Below the pieces are notes generated by a model. The model searched no databases, was not told the DNA's origin, and saw only the letters and a program-made list of their open reading frames with translations. Shown in pieces: positions 56,361 to 64,000 of a DNA stretch of 64,000 nucleotides. Position 1 is the stretch's first letter. The number at the start of each line of letters is the position of its first letter. The stretch is from a virus. Taxonomy: Duplodnaviria > Caudoviricetes. Both the position numbers and the translations under genes were made by a program. The stretch lies in the IMG/VR virus record IMGVR_UViG_2843857367_000001, positions 1-64,000 of that record; one strand, given 5' to 3'.

Positions 56361-57922
56361 CGTTCGTCGACGCCAAGGAGATCGCCCTGAGACCTTATCA
56401 GGGATCGGTGGTCGAGCGGTTGCGCGAGAAAATCCGGCAGCGCATCAAGCGCCTGATCCTGTGCGCCACAACGGGCGCCGGGAAGACGCTGATATCAGCC
56501 TATCTTATCAAGGAGGCGGCGAAGAAGGGCAGCTATGTGCTGTTCATCGTCGACCGCGTCGCACTGGTCGAGCAGACAAGCGCCGTCTTCGACGAGTACG
56601 GCATCCACCACGGCATCGTGCAAGGTATCCACCAACGGTGGGCGCCGCGCGAGAACGTGCAGGTCTGTTCGGCCCAGACGCTCGCCCGCCGCAGCCTGCC
56701 ACGCGACCCCGACCTGATCGTCGTCGACGAAGCCCACTGTCAGTTCAAGGCCACGATCGAGTTCATGAACCGCTATCCCAACGCGGTGAAGATCGGTCTG
56801 ACCGCAACGCCCTTCACCAAGGGGATGGGCCAGCACTGGGACGGCATGGTCAACGCGGTTTCGACCCGGGAGTTGATCAACGACGGGTTTCTGGTCGAGC
56901 CGAAAATCTACGTCGCCCGCAGCCCTGACGATACTGAACTGAGCCGGAACAGCTTCGGCGAATTCAGCGACAGGAGCGCCGCCTCGGCTGGGATCAAGAT
57001 CGTCGGGGACGTGGTTCAGGAATGGATCGCCAAGACCCGCGAGCATTTCGGCGGGCCAGTGAAAACCATCGTCTTCAGCCCGACGGTCGAGCATGGCCGA
57101 GAGCTGTGCGCCGCCTTTGCGGCCGCCGGGTTCAACTTCCAGCAGATCAGCTATCTGGACGACGACGACGAACGCCTGGCGCGGATTGCCGAGTTCCGCC
57201 GTCTCGACAGCCTGATCCACGGCCTGATCTCCTGCGGCGTTCTGACTAAGGGGTTCGACGTGCCCGACGTGCGGGTTGGGATCTCCTGCAAGCCGTACCG
57301 CAAGAGCCTGTCCAGCCACATGCAGGAGATCGGCCGCGTGATGCGTTCGCATCCAGGCAAGGACGTAGCCCTTTGGCTCGACCATTCCGGCAATATCGAG
57401 CGGTTCGCCTTGGACATGTACGATGTCTGGGAGAACGGCGCCGGCGAACTGGACAAGGCCGAAAAGCGGGACAGCGTCGCCCGCGAGCGCAACGAGAAGG
57501 CCCGCGAGAAGGTAGTCTGCCCGGAATGCTCCGGTGCCCTGCGCGGCACGACCTGCACGGCCTGCGGCTGGGAGAAGCCAGCGCGTTCAGGCATCCAGGC
57601 TGTCGAGGGCGAACTGCGCGAGTTCGATGCGGGCGCAATGGACATGGAGGCACGCCCAGGCCTACGCGCCGAGTGCCTGAAGAACCCCAAGGCGGTCTAC
57701 AATGCCGCCATCTGCTACAGCATCGACCAGAGCCGCCATGGCGACTGTGAGGCCGCCCGGAAGCGCGCCTGGGCGATTTGGAAAGGGATCTATCCCGGCA
57801 GTAAGCCGCCCTATCACTGGTTCAGCATGGCGCCAGTCGCGCCCGACGCTGGGGCGTATGCGCTGGCGGACCGCGAAGTTCTGCGCTTCCGCAAGCTGAA
57901 CAAAACGCGGAGGGTGAAATGA
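56354..57922 (+). CDS. SF2 DEAH helicase with Zn ribbon
   Basis: TGAGKT, DEAH, TATP, GFDVP, QEIGRVMR, CPEC..CTAC. Confidence 0.92.
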   Translation: MLTFVDAKEIALRPYQGSVVERLREKIRQRIKRLILCATTGAGKTLISAYLIKEAAKKGSYVLFIVDRVALVEQTSAVFDEYGIHHGIVQGIHQRWAPRENVQVCSAQTLARRSLPRDPDLIVVDEAHCQFKATIEFMNRYPNAVKIGLTATPFTKGMGQHWDGMVNAVSTRELINDGFLVEPKIYVARSPDDTELSRNSFGEFSDRSAASAGIKIVGDVVQEWIAKTREHFGGPVKTIVFSPTVEHGRELCAAFAAAGFNFQQISYLDDDDERLARIAEFRRLDSLIHGLISCGVLTKGFDVPDVRVGISCKPYRKSLSSHMQEIGRVMRSHPGKDVALWLDHSGNIERFALDMYDVWENGAGELDKAEKRDSVARERNEKAREKVVCPECSGALRGTTCTACGWEKPARSGIQAVEGELREFDAGAMDMEARPGLRAECLKNPKAVYNAAICYSIDQSRHGDCEAARKRAWAIWKGIYPGSKPPYHWFSMAPVAPDAGAYALADREVLRFRKLNKTRRVK

Positions 57923-58839
57923 CCCTGTCGCTGACTGAAGCCCTGCATCAGGCCTGTGCGGTGGTGGGCATCGAGCCCCCCAAACGCCGCCTCTCCCCCG
58001 GCCATTGGGTGCGCACGGATACCAAGGGCAAGAACGGCCGGGACGACGCCGCCGTCCTGATCTTCGACGATGAGAATGGCGGCATGGTGTGGAATCACCA
58101 GACCGGCGCCAACCACCGCTTCAGCATTCTCGGATCGGGTCCGGTTCACCGCGATCCCGAGGTTGAGCGTCGCGCCCGCCGCCGAGAAGCGGCCCGTCTC
58201 GCCGAGCAACAGGAGGTCGAGCGCATCTGCGCGGCCATCGTGCGCGGCTGCCGGCAGGACAAGCATCCCTATCTGGAGAAGAAAGGCTTCCCAGATGAGT
58301 TGGGTCTGGTCTGCGACGTGCTCAGCAAGTTCTTCCCTGAGACGCCCTTCGGCGAAGCCCTGGCCAAGGCTCTGCCGGGCATCGGCCCCTTCCTGATCGT
58401 CCCCGGCCGCATCGGCGGCAAGGTTACGACGGTGCAGTTCATCACCGCCGACGGGGCGAAGAAGAACATCCTGCGCGGAGCCCAGGGCGGCGCCAGCCAC
58501 CGGATAGCTTCTGGGCGCGATACGTGGGTGTGCGAGGGCATCGCCACGGCGATGAGCATCAGAGCCGCGCTGCGCCTTCTGGGCGTTTCTGCGACGGTCC
58601 TGAGCGCCTTCTCGGCATCCAACGTCGAGAAGGTGGCTGCGGCCATCCCCGGCGCTCGCATCGCGGCCGATCACGACGCTCCGAACGCGCATCTGGAAGG
58701 CAAGGGCGCCGGAGAGTTCTACGCACGACGCTCGGGCTGCGCCTGGGTTATGCCGCCTGCTATCGGTGACTTCAACGACATGCATGTGGAGCATGGCCTG
58801 CGCGCCGTCGCGCTCCATCTCAGGGAGGCGCTGGGATGA
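57919..58839 (+). CDS. Toprim primase-like protein
   Basis: HPYLEKKG, CEGIATA, AADHD, GDFND. Confidence 0.88.
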   Translation: MTLSLTEALHQACAVVGIEPPKRRLSPGHWVRTDTKGKNGRDDAAVLIFDDENGGMVWNHQTGANHRFSILGSGPVHRDPEVERRARRREAARLAEQQEVERICAAIVRGCRQDKHPYLEKKGFPDELGLVCDVLSKFFPETPFGEALAKALPGIGPFLIVPGRIGGKVTTVQFITADGAKKNILRGAQGGASHRIASGRDTWVCEGIATAMSIRAALRLLGVSATVLSAFSASNVEKVAAAIPGARIAADHDAPNAHLEGKGAGEFYARRSGCAWVMPPAIGDFNDMHVEHGLRAVALHLREALG

Positions 58840-59213
58840 AGAGAGTATCGTCCAGGGCTGATCGCATCCGCGTCTTCCACGAGCGCCTTCGGTCTCTCGG
58901 GTTTGCCAGCTATCACGAATACCTCCGGAGCCCGCACTGGCACGATGTTCGTCGCCGATACTGGGCCAGCAAGCTTGCCAAGAAGGCCTGCTGCGCCGGA
59001 TGCGGCGCAGGGACGGCGCTTGCGCTTCACCACAGGACTTACAAGCGGATCGGACAGGAACGCCTGATGGATCTGATTCTGGTCTGCCGGAGCTGTCATT
59101 CGGACATCCACGACTTCGAGGACCGGGTTGGGGCTCACCCTTGGCGTGCGACCAACAAGACCTTGCGGACCAAGCGCAAATCCCTCGGCCTTAGCGGGAG
59201 GGACGTCATCTGA
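58836..59213 (+). CDS. HNH endonuclease
   Basis: YLRSPHW, CAGC, HHRTY, CRSCH. Confidence 0.85.
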   Translation: MKRVSSRADRIRVFHERLRSLGFASYHEYLRSPHWHDVRRRYWASKLAKKACCAGCGAGTALALHHRTYKRIGQERLMDLILVCRSCHSDIHDFEDRVGAHPWRATNKTLRTKRKSLGLSGRDVI

Positions 59214-59580
59214 TGAAGCGAGCATCCCTCTCACGCTCAAAGAGAGAGGGGCCATTCCGACCGGTCGGTTTCGAGGAGAGACGGCGGCGGCGGATATGGG
59301 AAGGCCCACCGTGGGGCAGGAACCTGGGCAAGCGCAGTCCTAAAGAGAGAAGCGCGGTTCCCGGCGCGTCGCAATGGCGCCGACATAGTAGCTCTCAACG
59401 AGACGGGGGATGCGACCCCACCGTTTCGGCCCAAGGCGGCGGCCCGGCTCCGGCCAGCAAGACCACCACGGGCATGGGGACTAGCCGTCGGGGAGTAAAT
59501 CCTCGGGGGCTAGTCGTCCCATGCCCGGACAACAACCCTCTCCATCCAGCAACTACCTTTCAGAAAGAGGAACAGTAGCG
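59213..59580 (+). other. hairpin-rich segment (candidate structured RNA or origin; weak 121 aa ORF)
   Basis: multiple stems including 59469-59527. Confidence 0.45.
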
Positions 59581-59626
59581 ATGCAGCACGCGAACGACGA
59601 ACCGCCTGACCGGAGCTTGTGATCTG

Positions 59627-59833
59627 ATGGTCGAACGCATCTCCCTCGCTCAACAGCACGCCGTCAACGAGCAGCGGCGCATGGGGCGGACGGACCGTCA
59701 GGCCGAGAAGATCGTCGGTCTGCCGAGCGGCATCCTCTCTCGCCCCTTCATCGTGGTCGATGACCGCGACCCGCGCCCGCAGCGGGGCCCAGGCATCAGC
59801 CCCCGCACCCTTTACCGATACACCCTGTTCTGA
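59627..59833 (+). CDS. hypothetical protein
   Basis: GGAG SD, 68 aa. Confidence 0.55.
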   Translation: MVERISLAQQHAVNEQRRMGRTDRQAEKIVGLPSGILSRPFIVVDDRDPRPQRGPGISPRTLYRYTLF

Positions 59834-59846
59834 AAGGCCCCTCCCC

Positions 59847-60629
59847 ATGGGCAAAGCCACCAAACCCCGCCTCAACCCCCGATCCAAGGGCGGCCGCCCC
59901 CGTCAGCCGGGCGAGCGCACCAAGAGCGGACGCCTGAAGCACAGCCCGAACGAGCGCGTCCTGCAGATGCGGTCGGTCTTCGGCGTCGACCATATCGGTC
60001 AGGCGTTCTCACCCATCCAGATCGCGTTCAAGAACGGCTGGCTGTCAGAGGCCGACTGCCGGGCAGCGGCAGAGTTCGCATCGCTTCACGCCGCCGCCGG
60101 TATGGGCCGCAGCAGCATCAGCCTGTCGGCCGGCATGGAGGTGAAGCCCGGCGCAGATACCTCGGGAGACGTGACGGCCGCGTCGTTCTTCGCCACGCTG
60201 CCGGACCGCGAGGTCGCCGAGATCTGGGACGCCGTGTTCACCGACGACGGTGATCGCGCCCTGAACCGTGAAGAGGCGGCAGCCCGCGCCATGAAGCGCT
60301 GGAAGCTGGCCTGCGCCGCCATGACGCCGGAGCAGCGCGAGGAGGTCCATAACGTCTGCATCCTCGACAGTTTCCCGCAATGGATCATCCAGCGCGCTCA
60401 CGGGCACATGGAAACGAGCTGGGAGAGGAAGCGCGACCTGCTGATCGGTGGTCTGCGCGCCGTGCGGGCAGAGCTTCATCCGCCTAGGGGAAAACCGGAG
60501 CAGCGGACAGTGGCGCCCGTCGCGTCGGTCTCGCCCGCGCGTGCCCAGGTCGAGCGCACGGTCTACGTGAGTGAGGATGGCGTGCCGTTGCTGGAGGTCG
60601 AGCGTGTCGTACGGCGTGGGGCGGGTTGA
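59847..60629 (+). CDS. putative late transcription regulator (Q position)
   Basis: basic GRPR...RTKSGRL N-terminus, GWLSE, LIGGLRAV; position. Confidence 0.6.
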   Translation: MGKATKPRLNPRSKGGRPRQPGERTKSGRLKHSPNERVLQMRSVFGVDHIGQAFSPIQIAFKNGWLSEADCRAAAEFASLHAAAGMGRSSISLSAGMEVKPGADTSGDVTAASFFATLPDREVAEIWDAVFTDDGDRALNREEAAARAMKRWKLACAAMTPEQREEVHNVCILDSFPQWIIQRAHGHMETSWERKRDLLIGGLRAVRAELHPPRGKPEQRTVAPVASVSPARAQVERTVYVSEDGVPLLEVERVVRRGAG

Positions 60630-60664
60630 CCAGCCGCCTCGAGATCGGAGAACATTACATGAAC
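60626..60664 (+). promoter_or_regulatory. promoter with alphaproteobacterial LexA box
   Basis: TTGACC at 60626; GAAC-ATTACAT-GAAC at 60650-60664. Confidence 0.75.
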
Positions 60665-60680
60665 TTCAGAGTGAGTCGCC

Positions 60681-61127
60681 ATGGTCCGTCTGTTCGATAT
60701 CCCCGGCATCCCCGCTATCGAGAACCGCACCAGGCTCAACGCCCTCACAGGCGTCCGTGAGGATCACGATCTTGATCGGATGATCCTTGAGCTCATTGCA
60801 GAGGTGTTCGCGCTGAAGCCCGACTGCGACCCGTACGACGTGGGTTTTTATATTGAAGACGACGATAGCGACGAAGATGCCATAACGGCCTGGCGTCAGG
60901 ATGGGTGGGATGTCACTGGTCCTGACGGCAACATTCTGGAATGCCTAGACAGGTTCGCCTGGAACTTGGCGGCGGCTGGTGAGGGGCTCACACAGCGCAG
61001 TATGATCGAGCTCGAGGCGCTTGCCTGGGGGGAGAGGGCTGCGGTCAAGCCAAAGACGGACCCTCGCGAAAGGACGCGGAACCAGCAATTCTTAAACTTC
61101 GGCGCTCGCCGTCGACGTGCGGCTTGA
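60681..61127 (+). CDS. hypothetical acidic protein, predicted SOS-induced
   Basis: 148 aa ORF right after LexA box. Confidence 0.7.
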   Translation: MVRLFDIPGIPAIENRTRLNALTGVREDHDLDRMILELIAEVFALKPDCDPYDVGFYIEDDDSDEDAITAWRQDGWDVTGPDGNILECLDRFAWNLAAAGEGLTQRSMIELEALAWGERAAVKPKTDPRERTRNQQFLNFGARRRRAA

Positions 61128-61196
61128 CAGGCGGATGGAATAGGAAGATAAGCCTAGGAACAGATATGTCAGGGTGGCACGAAATCCTGACCGAGA

Positions 61197-61233
61197 GACC
61201 CCGGAGCATCGCGCGGCCGGGGTCTTTTCGTTT
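61197..61233 (+). terminator. intrinsic terminator
   Basis: GACCCCGG/CCGGGGTC then TTTTCGTTT. Confidence 0.75.
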
Positions 61234-61343
61234 CGGGCTCCCTTAAGGGCGAGAGGACGGCAGGCTTAGGGTTGGGAGTTCCCAGGACGGTTGACGAACC
61301 GGACGACTCTGTTGAACGCTGCTACCTCAAATAGTGAGGCGCA

Positions 61344-61610
61344 ATGTTCGAGATCGGCAAATCATACACCTTCCGCTTCAACGAAGACGGAGGCTGGACG
61401 CTATCGACCCTTAAGGTTGTTGGCGTAGATGGAGGGCTGCTCAAGCTGCGGCGCCACGGCCAAGCAGAGTTCATTCTCAACACCGCCTCAACCAGCTTTC
61501 ACACGGCTGATCCCGTTGATCATGACGCCGATGAAGCTCCTTCCCCCATCCGCGTCGTTTTGACCGGCCAGGATGGCGAGAAGAGTGAATTGTTGATCGG
61601 CGGAAACTAG
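61344..61610 (+). CDS. hypothetical moron protein
   Basis: GAGG SD, lower GC. Confidence 0.65.
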   Translation: MFEIGKSYTFRFNEDGGWTLSTLKVVGVDGGLLKLRRHGQAEFILNTASTSFHTADPVDHDADEAPSPIRVVLTGQDGEKSELLIGGN

Positions 61611-61815
61611 GCGCCTGCCCCGAGATATCCCGGCGAGCAAGGTCAGCGTCAGGCGCTCCGCTCGGACCGCCTGACGCTCTTCGAGTTATTTTTTACGCAC
61701 CGGAATGGACGACGGTCGAGGCGATTGGCTGGGACGGTTGTTCCCGAACTGGCCAGGGTCGCTTCGCCGAGTTGGGGGCGGCGGTGGCGGTGGTGGCGAC
61801 AGGGGGTTCTTAGCC

Positions 61816-62340
61816 ATGAACGTTCCTGAAACAGAAGCTGCTATTGCGGCAGAGGTGGTTTACGAAGCGAACGGCGTTGTCTCAGACTTCATCGTCGCGC
61901 AAGCACAGGAGCGCCTTAGAGCGCTTCAAGTGGCAGCCCACGCGCTTGACCAGCGCGTGACACAGGTGGCGGCATTCCAGTTCGCCGCTGCCGCATTCGC
62001 CGCGGGGGCCGCGGCGTCAGATGCACTGCGGTTCTTCGCTAGTCTGAGTGCGATCGCTTTCGTCGTCGGCGGGGTAGTCGCTTTCCGAGGCATCCGATCT
62101 GACCCGATCCATCTGCCGGGCATTGCCTCGGCTTGGTGGAAGGGATCTCTCGCCGTCGATTCTTTCAAGATTGATACAGCACGCGCTTGGGCTGCTGGCG
62201 TTCTTCAGAACGCTATCGAACAGGTGGATAACGAGAACTGCGAGCGCGCTCGGCATCTGAACTTGAGCCTGAACTATGCCGTCGGCGGGGCTGTGCTGGT
62301 CGCCATCGGCTTCGCACTGAGGCTCTTCGGGTTGTCATAG
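61816..62340 (+). CDS. membrane protein (3 TM)
   Basis: hydrophobic pair plus C-terminal TM. Confidence 0.6.
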   Translation: MNVPETEAAIAAEVVYEANGVVSDFIVAQAQERLRALQVAAHALDQRVTQVAAFQFAAAAFAAGAAASDALRFFASLSAIAFVVGGVVAFRGIRSDPIHLPGIASAWWKGSLAVDSFKIDTARAWAAGVLQNAIEQVDNENCERARHLNLSLNYAVGGAVLVAIGFALRLFGLS

Positions 62341-62347
62341 GTCGCCG

Positions 62348-62668
62348 ATGGCCCGTCGTCCTGACCACATCGCCTCCCAAGGCACCCAGCGCCTAAGGGG
62401 CCGCAGAGGCGTAGAGCAACGCAAGCGCCGCCTCGCCGCCGAGCCCCTGTGCAGGGACTGCATGGCCAAGGGGATCATCACCGCCTCGACGGTGCCCGAC
62501 CACATCATCCCCCTGAGCCAGAACGGCCCAGACACTGACGACAACATCCGCTGCCTCTGCGCGGACTGCCACACCATCAGGACAAGAGAGCAGTTCGGCC
62601 ACGCCCAGGTCAGCCCGGTCGGCGTCGACGGCCGCCCCCTCGATCCGAAGCACCCTTGGAACCGTTAA
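62348..62668 (+). CDS. packaging-associated HNH endonuclease (HK97 gp74-like)
   Basis: EPLCRDC, DHIIPL, NIRCLCADCH, DGRPLDPKHPWN. Confidence 0.88.
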   Translation: MARRPDHIASQGTQRLRGRRGVEQRKRRLAAEPLCRDCMAKGIITASTVPDHIIPLSQNGPDTDDNIRCLCADCHTIRTREQFGHAQVSPVGVDGRPLDPKHPWNR

Positions 62669-63285
62669 TCCTCCGTATCTTCTCTAAACTCGGCTACCTC
62701 GCCAGGCAGCTCAAAGACGTATTTCAAGAACATCTCGGTGAACAACCGAAGAGGCTTGGCGTCGTCCTCAGTAAAGTCGTCAGGATCGTGTAGGGCCTCG
62801 TTGCCTTCAATCCGCACCCTATCAGCCCACGACCACATGTCGGGCGTGATGTGGTGGTTATTGTGCAGCCACTCTAAGCGCTTGAAGAAAGTTCCCTTGG
62901 GGATGCCCTCAAACGTCTTGGTGGCGATATCGAGCGCAGATCTGTACATCGCGACAGCGGCGTTCCAGCTGCGCCGTTGGTACGCATCTTCGCCTTCGAG
63001 GAATCTCTTCGCGACCGAAGCTGGCGTATGCAGCGGTGCCATCGGCTCGATGCGCTCTGGCCAGAAAGCAGTAACGTTGAACTCCGGCTCTATAACACCG
63101 TTGAACTCTCTTGGTTTTGAGCCGCGCCCCACATTGTCGTAGCATTCTAGCGTCACTGGAAGCCTGCACGCGCCGCAGGTGGCCGCGGCCACCCACGTTC
63201 GCGAGCCACGAGTATCATTCCATACGATTGAAAAGGTTGAGTGGTCCGCAGGGCAGTGCGGACAGCTTCTGACAAGGACGCCCAT
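62665..63285 (-). CDS. DUF4145 (HEPN-like) domain protein
   Basis: CPHC..CGAC, YRSALD, RIEGNEALH (RxxxNxxxH). Confidence 0.82.
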   Translation of the reverse strand: MGVLVRSCPHCPADHSTFSIVWNDTRGSRTWVAAATCGACRLPVTLECYDNVGRGSKPREFNGVIEPEFNVTAFWPERIEPMAPLHTPASVAKRFLEGEDAYQRRSWNAAVAMYRSALDIATKTFEGIPKGTFFKRLEWLHNNHHITPDMWSWADRVRIEGNEALHDPDDFTEDDAKPLRLFTEMFLKYVFELPGEVAEFREDTED

Positions 63286-63477
63286 TATGAACTCCAATAT
63301 CTTGCCTGCCGCCAAGGCAGAGCGGGCTATGCGTGGCATTGAGGCGACGACGCCGGGCGAGACGACGGCCAGAATCGTTCAGGCATTCAACCGCATGAAT
63401 GGCCAAGGTGAGCAGAGAGCGTTTGTCGCTGCAATAGCTTCGCGGCTCGCAATGAGGATCTGCGAGCTAACCTGACC

Positions 63478-63575
63478 CATTGGGGGGGGCGGGGCAAAGT
63501 CTGGAGCCTTGGCCTCGGACACCGGCGGCCAAGGTGCATTCGCACTGAAAGCAGTTTCGAACTAAAAAGTTGGGA
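63478..63575 (+). other. putative cos region of prophage B
   Basis: G-run GGGGGGGGCGGGGCAAAGT...ACCGGCG between HNH and terS. Confidence 0.55.
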
Positions 63576-63600
63576 GCACCCCCGTAGGGGGTGATGCTGC

Positions 63601-63774
63601 ATGAACGTAGTGCCGGGGACGGGCGACATCGTGCCGGAGCCGCACTGGCGCATGCTCCTGACGGACGATCTGGAGATCGCAGCAGCGGCCGAGCACTGGC
63701 GCCGCATCTCATCGGAGATGAAGGAGCGGGACATCCTGTCCCCCTCGAACGGTCATGCCGTTCAACGCCTCTGA
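63601..63774 (+). pseudogene. terminase small subunit truncated by IS
   Basis: PEPHW...AAEHWRRI; in-frame TGA is the first 3 nt of the IS end. Confidence 0.7.
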
Positions 63775-64000
63775 CGTGACCCCCTGAAACTCCTCCAAGA
63801 ATAGCTAGAGTCCGCCCTAACGAAGGACGGACAGAATGAAGCGATCAAGGTTCACGGAAGAGCAGATCATCGGGATTCTGCGGGAGCAGGAGGCCGGCAT
63901 GACGACGGCGGAGGTGTGTCGGCGTCACGGGGTCAGCTCGGCGACCTTTTACAAATGGAAGGCCAAGTTCGGCGGGCTCGACGTGTCGGAGGCTCGGCGG
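63772..64000 (+). mobile_element. IS3-family (IS407-group-like) insertion sequence, left part
   Basis: TG-starting terminus TGACGTGACCCCC followed by orfA. Confidence 0.88.
63836..64000 (+). CDS. IS3 transposase OrfA (partial)
   Basis: MKRSRFTEEQIIGILREQEAG...CRRHGVSSATFYKWKAKFGG. Confidence 0.92.
   Translation, partial: MKRSRFTEEQIIGILREQEAGMTTAEVCRRHGVSSATFYKWKAKFGGLDVSEARR

Larger units (their letters stand above)
47960..64000. mobile_element. prophage B (tyrosine integrase), continues beyond window
   Basis: int-xis-early-cI-cro-cII-replication-late regulator-HNH-cos-terS order. Confidence 0.9.

Noticed and set aside
59210-59245. Hammerhead-like CTGATGA with AGCG/CGCT stem
   Set aside because: Followed by CAAA instead of the invariant GAAA; explained by TGATG stop-start overlap
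61705-61815. Gly-run N-terminal extension (GGC/GGT repeat)
   Set aside because: Low complexity; the ATG at 61816 gives a more plausible start
1-64000. Full CtrA boxes (TTAA-N7-TTAA)
   Set aside because: Only isolated TTAA half-sites seen by eye; a matrix scan could still find weak sites

Overview
GC-rich alphaproteobacterial DNA, probably Caulobacterales/Brevundimonas (inferred from MucR-, CtrA- and IS407-group-like sequences). The window is almost entirely two temperate prophages joined tail-to-tail at a displaced 3' half of a CAT-anticodon tRNA (47960-48004). Prophage A (about 4.2-48.0 kb, left end not located) is an apparently complete lambda-type siphovirus with lysis, tail, head, GpA terminase/cos, NusG-type late regulator, primase/helicase with iterons, CI/Cro and a large serine integrase. 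A plus-strand SRAP/Ku/YfbU block lies to its left. Prophage B (48.0 kb to beyond the window) has a tyrosine integrase, Xis, an apparently non-cleavable repressor, ParB, helicase, primase, two HNH genes and a cos region; its terS is cut by an IS3-family element. Main leads: (1) prophage A carries host-regulator DNA-binding domains without their control domains (CtrA-like wHTH, MucR finger fused to ParB, TetR HTH); (2) both integrases stop in the same six bases of the tRNA anticodon loop; (3) B may be induced through a LexA-box gene and a catalytically dead S24 domain; (4) candidate structured RNAs sit after the HNH gene and upstream of the serine integrase. All calls come from reading motifs by eye; no searches were run.
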